DNA of 64,000 bases from the NCBI RefSeq assembly GCF_048403405.1, contig NZ_CP183129.1; one strand, 5' to 3'. Numbering within the stretch: the stretch's first letter is position 1; each line of letters opens with the position of its first letter. This document shows positions 57,599 through 64,000 of the stretch, one piece after another. This DNA is from Escherichia coli (GTDB lineage Bacteria; Pseudomonadota; Gammaproteobacteria; Enterobacterales; Enterobacteriaceae). The position numbers and the translations under genes were made by a program. A model generated the notes under the pieces. It was given only the letters and a program-made list of their open reading frames with translations. It was not told the DNA's origin and did no database searches.

Positions 57599-58086
57599 TG
57601 AAATCGTTAATTATCGTTAATCCGGCTGACTGTATTGGCTGCCGTACTTGTGAAGTAGCCTGTGTGGTCGCTCACCCTTCAGAACAGGAGTTGAATGCCG
57701 ATGTCTTTTTACCCCGGCTGAAGGTACAGCGACTGGACAGCATCAGTGCGCCGGTGATGTGCCATCAGTGTGAAAACGCCCCTTGTGTTAGCGCTTGCCC
57801 CGTGGGGGCGCTGACGATGGGCGAGCAGGTGGTGCAGGCCAATTCTGCCCGTTGTATTGGCTGTCAGAGTTGCGTCAGTGCGTGCCCGTTTGGGATGATA
57901 ACCATTCAGTCGTTGCCGGGGGATACCCGGCAACAAATTGTGAAATGCGATCTCTGTGAACAGCGGGAAGAGGGGCCAGCCTGCGTTGAATCTTGCCCGA
58001 CACAGGCGCTGCAGTTGCTTACTGAAAGAGAACTCAGGCGAGTCCGCCAGCAGCGTATTGTTGCCAGCGGTAAGAATCCTCTGTGA
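57595..58086 (+). CDS. ygfS: 4Fe-4S ferredoxin-type protein, 163 aa
   Basis: 163 aa with four CxxCxxC(x)nCP clusters; 4-bp overlap with ygfT. Confidence 0.85.
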   Translation: MMKSLIIVNPADCIGCRTCEVACVVAHPSEQELNADVFLPRLKVQRLDSISAPVMCHQCENAPCVSACPVGALTMGEQVVQANSARCIGCQSCVSACPFGMITIQSLPGDTRQQIVKCDLCEQREEGPACVESCPTQALQLLTERELRRVRQQRIVASGKNPL

Positions 58087-58121
58087 AAGAAATCTCCGCG
58101 CTGAAAGGCGCGGAGAATCTA

Positions 58122-59489
58122 TTAGATTGCCCAACCACCCGCGTAAAATGCGACCAGTGCGGCAGTAATGATCACCGTACCAATATTCAGCTTTTGCCAT
58201 TCGCGTGCAAAGACGCGGCCTACGACCAGTGTCACAAAGCCCAGCATAATACCGGTAACGATATTACAAGTCAGAACGATGAACACGGCACACACCAGGC
58301 CAGCCATTGCGTCAATAAAATCATTGAAATCCAGCTTCGAGACGTTACTTAACATCAGCAAACCTACGTACATCAGAGCGGGTGCAGTGGCGTAACCAGG
58401 GATCAAAAATGACAACGGTGATAAGAACAAAATCAGCAGGAATAACGCCCCCACTACGGTTGCGGTCAATCCTGTTTTACCCCCGGCGGCGGTTCCTGCC
58501 GCTGATTCGATATAAACCGCTGCGGGCGCTGCGCCCACCAGGCCGGAGAATATTGAACTTACTGAGTCACTGGTCAGGGCTTTGCCGCCGTTGATGATCT
58601 GGTTGTCTTTATCCAACAAATTCGCCTGACCGGCGACGGCACGGATGGTACCAGTGGCGTCGAACACTGCGGTCATCACCAATGCTAGTACACTCGGAAG
58701 TACAGTTGGCTGGAGTGCGCCCATAATATCGAGGCTGAAAATCAGAGACTTACCATCTTCGCCAGTCAGGCTTGGCATCGCCACCAGACCGTGGTATTTC
58801 ACCGCTGGATCAAAGATTAAGCCGATGATCGAAATTGCAATAATCACCAACAAGATCCCGCCTGGTACGCGGCACTTTTCCAGACCGAAGATGACCGCCA
58901 GCCCCAGCAAGCTCATCATCACCGGGAAGGAGGTAAACGCACCGAGCGCCACTGGCAAGCCTTCAATCGGGTTTTTGATAACCATTCCCACACCGTTAGC
59001 AGCAATCAGCAGCAGAAACAGGCCGATACCGATACCTGTACCGTGAGCTATCCCCATCGGTAAATTACGTAAGATCCAGGTACGCACACCGGTTACGGAA
59101 ATGGCGGTGAAGATGACGCCCATCAGAAAGACCGCGCCCAGTGCGACAGGAACGCTAATTTGTTGCCCGAGAACCAGACTGAATGCGGTAAACGCCGTCA
59201 AGGAAATCGCGCAACCAATCGCCATTGGCAAATTGGCCCATAATCCCATCAGCAACGAGCCGAAGCCCGCGACCAGACAGGTGGCAACAAACACAGCTGC
59301 GGGAGGAAAACCTGCTTTGCCCAGCATTCCCGGAACGACGATAACGGAATAAACCATGGCCAGAAAGGTCGTTAAGCCAGCCAGTACTTCCTGACGAACG
59401 GTACTGCCACGAGCGGTAATTTTAAAATAATTATCCAGCGCGCCCTGTGGCTTTGGTGCGTCCGGTGTTTGTAGGATGTCTCCAGACAT
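58122..59489 (-). CDS. ghxQ: guanine/hypoxanthine permease (NCS2/AzgA-like), 455 aa
   Basis: 455 aa polytopic membrane protein [47 protein letters not shown]... Confidence 0.85.
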   Translation of the reverse strand: MSGDILQTPDAPKPQGALDNYFKITARGSTVRQEVLAGLTTFLAMVYSVIVVPGMLGKAGFPPAAVFVATCLVAGFGSLLMGLWANLPMAIGCAISLTAFTAFSLVLGQQISVPVALGAVFLMGVIFTAISVTGVRTWILRNLPMGIAHGTGIGIGLFLLLIAANGVGMVIKNPIEGLPVALGAFTSFPVMMSLLGLAVIFGLEKCRVPGGILLVIIAISIIGLIFDPAVKYHGLVAMPSLTGEDGKSLIFSLDIMGALQPTVLPSVLALVMTAVFDATGTIRAVAGQANLLDKDNQIINGGKALTSDSVSSIFSGLVGAAPAAVYIESAAGTAAGGKTGLTATVVGALFLLILFLSPLSFLIPGYATAPALMYVGLLMLSNVSKLDFNDFIDAMAGLVCAVFIVLTCNIVTGIMLGFVTLVVGRVFAREWQKLNIGTVIITAALVAFYAGGWAI

Positions 59490-59524
59490 AATGATGTCCT
59501 CACGAGGATGTTAAAGTTTTATTA

Positions 59525-60844
59525 TTAGTTGCGTTCGTACACCAGACGACCATCAACGTAGGTGCGGTAGATCGAACGGTCATCGCCCAACGTCATCATC
59601 ACGAACAATTTGTCGACTAAAGAAACAGAGTTGTCATAGCGCAGCTGCTGTAGCGGAGTGGCGGTGGGTTCCATCACCACGAAATCAGCCTCTTTGCCAG
59701 GTAAAAAGTTGCCAATCAAATCGTCAAGGCCCAGAGATTTCGCTCCGCCGAGCGTGGCCAGGTAAAATGCTTCATATGCCGAGAGGCGATAGCCTTGTAG
59801 TTGCAACACTTTGTAGGCTTCGTTTAGCGTTTGCAGCATGTTGAAAGTTGTTCCGGCACCGATATCCGTTCCCATGCCCACTTTGACTTTCTTCTGCCAT
59901 GCTTTTTTCAAGTTGAATAAGCCGCTGCCGAGGTAAAGGTTGGAGGTCGGACAGAAAGCAATGCTGGATTTGGTTTCGCTGAGACGATCCCACTCTTTTT
60001 CTTCGAGATGGACGCAGTGAGCAAAGACACAGTTTTTACCGGTCAGGCCGTACTGATGGTAAACATCCAGATAGCCATCATGTTCAGGATAAAGTTCTTT
60101 CACCCAGGCAATTTCATCTTTGTTTTCACAGAGATGGGTATGTACCCACGTATCCGGATATTCTTCTTTCAGGCGTTGCGCCATCGCCATCTGTTCAGGA
60201 GATGAGGTAGGGGCGAAGCGTGGCGTAATCGCATACAACAGACGACCATTTTTGTGCCAGCGTTCAATCAGTTCTTTGCTTTGGTGATAGCTGCTTTCGG
60301 CAGTGTCGAGCAGATAATCCGGTGCGTTTCGGTCCATCATCACTTTACCGGCAATCATACGCATATTGATATGACTGGCGGCTTCAAACAGCGCATCAAC
60401 GGATTGCGGATGAACAGTGCCAAACACCAGCGCCGTGGTGGTTCCGTTACGTAAAAGCTGCTTGATGAAGAACGCCGACATCTCGCGGGCGTACTCTAAA
60501 TCCTCATAACGACGTTCAGTAGGGAAGGTGTGTTTATTCAACCACTCCAGCAATTGTTCACCATAGGCCCCCACCATTTCACTTTGCGGATAATGGATAT
60601 GTGTATCGACAAAGCCCGGTACTATCAGTTTGCCGCGATAGTCGCGCACGCGAATGGTGTCAGGAATTTGATGTTTTCCGTCTTCCCATTCGCCAAACCA
60701 TTCCACTTTTCCCTGTTTAATGAGTAATAAACCATCCTCAATAAACCGCAGCGCAGAGGCAATCTCTTCCGGGTTGTCGACCGTACGCGTGACATCAATA
60801 AAACTGCCTCGTACCGCTTTTAACGTGTGTTCTCCTGACATCAT
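59525..60844 (-). CDS. guaD: guanine deaminase, 439 aa
   Basis: Internal start MMSGEHTLKAVRGSFIDVTRTVDNPEEIASALRFIEDGLLLIKQGKVEW...; amidohydrolase HxH motif (DTHIHYPQ). Confidence 0.9.
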   Translation of the reverse strand: MMSGEHTLKAVRGSFIDVTRTVDNPEEIASALRFIEDGLLLIKQGKVEWFGEWEDGKHQIPDTIRVRDYRGKLIVPGFVDTHIHYPQSEMVGAYGEQLLEWLNKHTFPTERRYEDLEYAREMSAFFIKQLLRNGTTTALVFGTVHPQSVDALFEAASHINMRMIAGKVMMDRNAPDYLLDTAESSYHQSKELIERWHKNGRLLYAITPRFAPTSSPEQMAMAQRLKEEYPDTWVHTHLCENKDEIAWVKELYPEHDGYLDVYHQYGLTGKNCVFAHCVHLEEKEWDRLSETKSSIAFCPTSNLYLGSGLFNLKKAWQKKVKVGMGTDIGAGTTFNMLQTLNEAYKVLQLQGYRLSAYEAFYLATLGGAKSLGLDDLIGNFLPGKEADFVVMEPTATPLQQLRYDNSVSLVDKLFVMMTLGDDRSIYRTYVDGRLVYERN

Positions 60845-60858
60845 TGACTCCTTTACTG

Positions 60859-62259
60859 TTAATCCATCTCTTCCGCTGAGGTAATACCAGGCAGAACGTT
60901 TTCCTGTCGGTAGCCACCAGGGAGGATAATATTTAATAAAATCGCAGTTAACCCGCCAGCACAAATAGGGTTTTCAACTAATACATAAATAGAGGCTGGC
61001 AATATTTTAAAAATTTCGGGATCGTAGGAGACGCCAAGCCCTAAACCTAAAGAAGTGGCGACAATAAGTGTTTCACGGCGCTTTAAACCGTTGGTGATGA
61101 TGATGCGAATCCCAGCGATAGCAATCATGGAAAACATCAACGTCATTGCGCCTCCCAGAACTGCCGAGGGTATGGTTGTGAAGAAGCCGCCAATCATCGG
61201 AAACAAGCCGAGGATAACCAGCATTACCGCGATGGTTCGCCCGACATAACGTGAAGCGACGCCAGTCATCTGAATAACCCCATTATTTTGCGCAAACGTG
61301 GTTAAGGGTAATGAACCGACAGCGGAGGCGATAACAGAAACCAGACCATCTGCCAGCACGCCGCCTTTCAGTCGGGACTGATACTCTTCCCCCTGAATAG
61401 GGCGGCGAGAAACCATTGCCGTGGCGGTGATATCGCCGACAGCTTCCAGCACGCTAAGCAAATAAATCGTGCCAACCACCAGGAACTGATGGAAGCTGAA
61501 ACTAAACCCGTATTTGAATGGATGCGGGATGGTGATTAACGGCAAATTGCGCATACTGCTGAAATCCACCATACCCAGGCATAACGACGCGATATAACCG
61601 ACGCATAGCCCAATGGCGATCCCTCCCATGCGTAGCAACGGACTGCGACAGCAGTTAAAGCCGATCACCACAATCAAAACCAATAAACCAACGCCGAGAT
61701 GTTCGTAATTGCCGAACGTACCGCTGCTTTTGGCTGCAAATCCTCCACCAAAATCGATAATGCCGACTTTAATCAGGCTTAAGCCGATCATCAGTACCAC
61801 AATACCGCTGACGGTAGGCGTAATAACCCGACGTAAATAGGGCAAGATAAATGAAGATCCGACAACCAGAAATGCGCCAACGAAGGAGACGCCGAGAAGC
61901 GACGACATGATTAACTCTTCGTGAAAACCGTCGCTTTTCATGCTGCTGCCCAGCGCAATCATGACCGTAACAAATGAAAAATTGACTGACTGAATTGAGA
62001 GTAGGCCAGAACCGACGATGCCGTAGCGGTTTACTTGTAACCAGGTACCAATACCAGAGGCGATCATCGCCATAGAAACAAGATAGGCGGTTGTTTCAGC
62101 GGAAAGCTGTAAGGCCGCACCCACGATTAACGCGGGGGTTACCATCGGAACGAAAATTGCCAACAGATGGGTAATGGCACCAACGAGAGCCTGATGAAAG
62201 GGAGGGCGATCCTCCAGTTCAAATATAAGGTCAGAACCTGCATGGTTTATATCAGACAT
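60859..62259 (-). CDS. xanQ: xanthine permease (NCS2/NAT), 466 aa
   Basis: Internal ATG gives MSDINHAGSDLIFELEDRPPFHQALVGAITHLLAIFVPMV...; ORF-track 485 aa over-extended. Confidence 0.85.
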   Translation of the reverse strand: MSDINHAGSDLIFELEDRPPFHQALVGAITHLLAIFVPMVTPALIVGAALQLSAETTAYLVSMAMIASGIGTWLQVNRYGIVGSGLLSIQSVNFSFVTVMIALGSSMKSDGFHEELIMSSLLGVSFVGAFLVVGSSFILPYLRRVITPTVSGIVVLMIGLSLIKVGIIDFGGGFAAKSSGTFGNYEHLGVGLLVLIVVIGFNCCRSPLLRMGGIAIGLCVGYIASLCLGMVDFSSMRNLPLITIPHPFKYGFSFSFHQFLVVGTIYLLSVLEAVGDITATAMVSRRPIQGEEYQSRLKGGVLADGLVSVIASAVGSLPLTTFAQNNGVIQMTGVASRYVGRTIAVMLVILGLFPMIGGFFTTIPSAVLGGAMTLMFSMIAIAGIRIIITNGLKRRETLIVATSLGLGLGVSYDPEIFKILPASIYVLVENPICAGGLTAILLNIILPGGYRQENVLPGITSAEEMD

Positions 62260-62423
62260 CCCTTCACTCCTTTTAAAGTAAATTTGATCATCTGAATCAG
62301 TAAAATAAATTCCCACGAATTTGGGGCGCAGGACGCCTTGAGAACGGCTTATCTCATTTTCGCAGTCACTATTTAGTCATCGTCCAAACAGAGAAACAGG
62401 CCGCCGAAGCGGCCATTTATTAT

Positions 62424-64000
62424 TTATATTTTTTCCAGCGCGGTGAGTATTTTCTCCGGTGTGAAATGCCATTCGCGTAACCAGATGCCGCATGCATCGT
62501 GAATTGCGGTAGCAATCGCCGGAGCTGCGCCATTTACACCGATTTCCGAGATCGATTTCGCCCCGAACGGGCCGACTTTATCGTCGCTCGGCACCAGCAC
62601 AGCGCGGAAATCACGCGGAATATCGCCTATTTTCGGTGCGCCGTAACTGCGTAAATCACGCGTTAACGGGTGACCTTCGGCGTCATAAATGATTTCTTCG
62701 CTCATACTGTGGCCGATTGCACGAAGGGTGGCACCGTAGATTTGTCCCAACGCTAACTCTGGATTGACCGGTGTACCGCAATCCAGCAAGGCGTAGAATT
62801 TATCCAGGCGGATTTCCCCCGTACGCGTGTTGACGGCAACTTCAGCAAAGTTTGCGCCATACGGGAAGGCGAAATCAGGCGTGATATAACTGCCAGTTCC
62901 CACCAGTGAACCAAAGCCGGTGCCGGTTTCGCCTTTATGGGCAATATCCCCGAAACTAACTTCGCCTTTCTTGCCGCGTACGACGCCCGGCGTTGCTAGT
63001 TGGACATCTGCCACTGGCTCACCCAACATTTGCGCACCGTGGAACAGAATTTTCTCCCGCAGATTTTCTGCTGCCAAGCGCGCCGCGTTACCCGAGAAGC
63101 AAGTACCGGACGAGGCATATGCGCCTTTATCAAACAACGCATGATCGGTATCACCGGAGATAACATGCACGTCCTGCGGTGGGCAGTGCAGCACTTCTGC
63201 TGCCAGTTTCGTCACCACCGTATCCAGACCAGTACCAATATCCGCACCGCCAGAATGAACGATAAAGGTACCGTCTGATTCCAGTTTGATCATGCAGTTA
63301 GCCTGATCGATATCTGGGATCCCTGATTTCTGCATGATAATGGCGACGCCACGACCGATGTGCCAGTCACCGTTTTGTGGTTTTGGTGAAGACCATTGGA
63401 TCATCTCGCGACCCTGACGCAGGATCTCTTCCAGTGCGCAGCTGGCGGCGGAAGGAACGGAGGTCGGCGCTTTACCTTCACCGATTGCACCGAGAATTTT
63501 CAGCTCTTGCCCTTCGTGTACCCGGTTACGTTCGATAATTTCCAGTTGGTCGATCTGTAACTGTTCAGCCAGTTCCGCTAATGCCATGGTGATAGCGAAG
63601 TTACCTTTCGGTGCGCCATAACCCTGATAAGCACCATTTGGGCAAATGTTGCTGTAGTAGGTGGTGACCTGGAAATCGACGTTATCGCACGGATATAACG
63701 GCAGCGACAGCGCCGGTCCGTTACACGGTACGGTGAGTGAGTGGTTGCCGTAAGGGCCAGTGTTGGCGCGGAAATCCATCTTCACTGCCGTCAGGCGACC
63801 ATCTTTTTTCGCTCCCAGTTTGACGGTGACTTTCGCGACGTGACGAGAGGTGTTAGCAATAAACTCTTCTTCACGGGTGTAGCGGAACAGTACCGGACGC
63901 CCGGTCACGCAGGTTGCCCAGGCGCACACTTCTTCCAGCAGGATGTCCTGTTTAGACCCAAAACCGCCGCCAACTCGCTCTTTAATGACATGAACTTTAT
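62424..64000 (-). CDS. xdhD: molybdopterin-dependent xanthine dehydrogenase-family protein, C-terminal part (gene continues past window end)
   Basis: ORF-track 62424..63929 (501 aa) is the C-terminal part of an aldehyde oxidase/xanthine dehydrogenase Mo-binding subunit; full protein is much longer so the 5' end lies beyond 64000. Confidence 0.8.
   Translation of the reverse strand, partial: KVHVIKERVGGGFGSKQDILLEEVCAWATCVTGRPVLFRYTREEEFIANTSRHVAKVTVKLGAKKDGRLTAVKMDFRANTGPYGNHSLTVPCNGPALSLPLYPCDNVDFQVTTYYSNICPNGAYQGYGAPKGNFAITMALAELAEQLQIDQLEIIERNRVHEGQELKILGAIGEGKAPTSVPSAASCALEEILRQGREMIQWSSPKPQNGDWHIGRGVAIIMQKSGIPDIDQANCMIKLESDGTFIVHSGGADIGTGLDTVVTKLAAEVLHCPPQDVHVISGDTDHALFDKGAYASSGTCFSGNAARLAAENLREKILFHGAQMLGEPVADVQLATPGVVRGKKGEVSFGDIAHKGETGTGFGSLVGTGSYITPDFAFPYGANFAEVAVNTRTGEIRLDKFYALLDCGTPVNPELALGQIYGATLRAIGHSMSEEIIYDAEGHPLTRDLRSYGAPKIGDIPRDFRAVLVPSDDKVGPFGAKSISEIGVNGAAPAIATAIHDACGIWLREWHFTPEKILTALEKI

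Overview
This window reads as a conserved Escherichia coli-type chromosomal core segment, in reverse orientation to the usual K-12 map. Gene order runs yqgB-speA, speB, loiP, tktA, the cryptic cmtBA/yggPFDC cluster, epd-pgk-fbaA, mscS, argO, yggE, ygfI, the sbm operon (scpA-argK-scpB-scpC), argP, rpiA, serA, IbsC/SibC, ygfA, 6S RNA (ssrS), zapA, ygfB-pepP-ubiH-ubiI, gcvTHP, bglA, yqfB, yqfA, ygfZ, sdhE-ygfX, fldB, xerD-dsbC-recJ-prfB-lysS, idi, then a purine-catabolism cluster (uacT, ygfT, ygfS, ghxQ, guaD, xanQ, xdhD partial). Gene names come from reading the translated ORFs against remembered K-12 proteins, lengths and gene order; no database search was run. I saw no CRISPR array, IS element, integrase/prophage module, tRNA or rRNA. 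I do not see a multi-gene novel system. The two loci that do not fit my recollection of K-12 synteny are (1) a 243-aa AT-richer lipoprotein gene with its own terminators sitting between speA and speB, and (2) a 302-aa SPFH/flotillin-like gene with an internal 33-bp tandem repeat between tktA and cmtB. Other observations are small palindromes in intergenic regions, the prfB +1 frameshift site, and small ORFs below the ORF-track cutoff. Regulatory-feature coordinates are approximate (a few nt).
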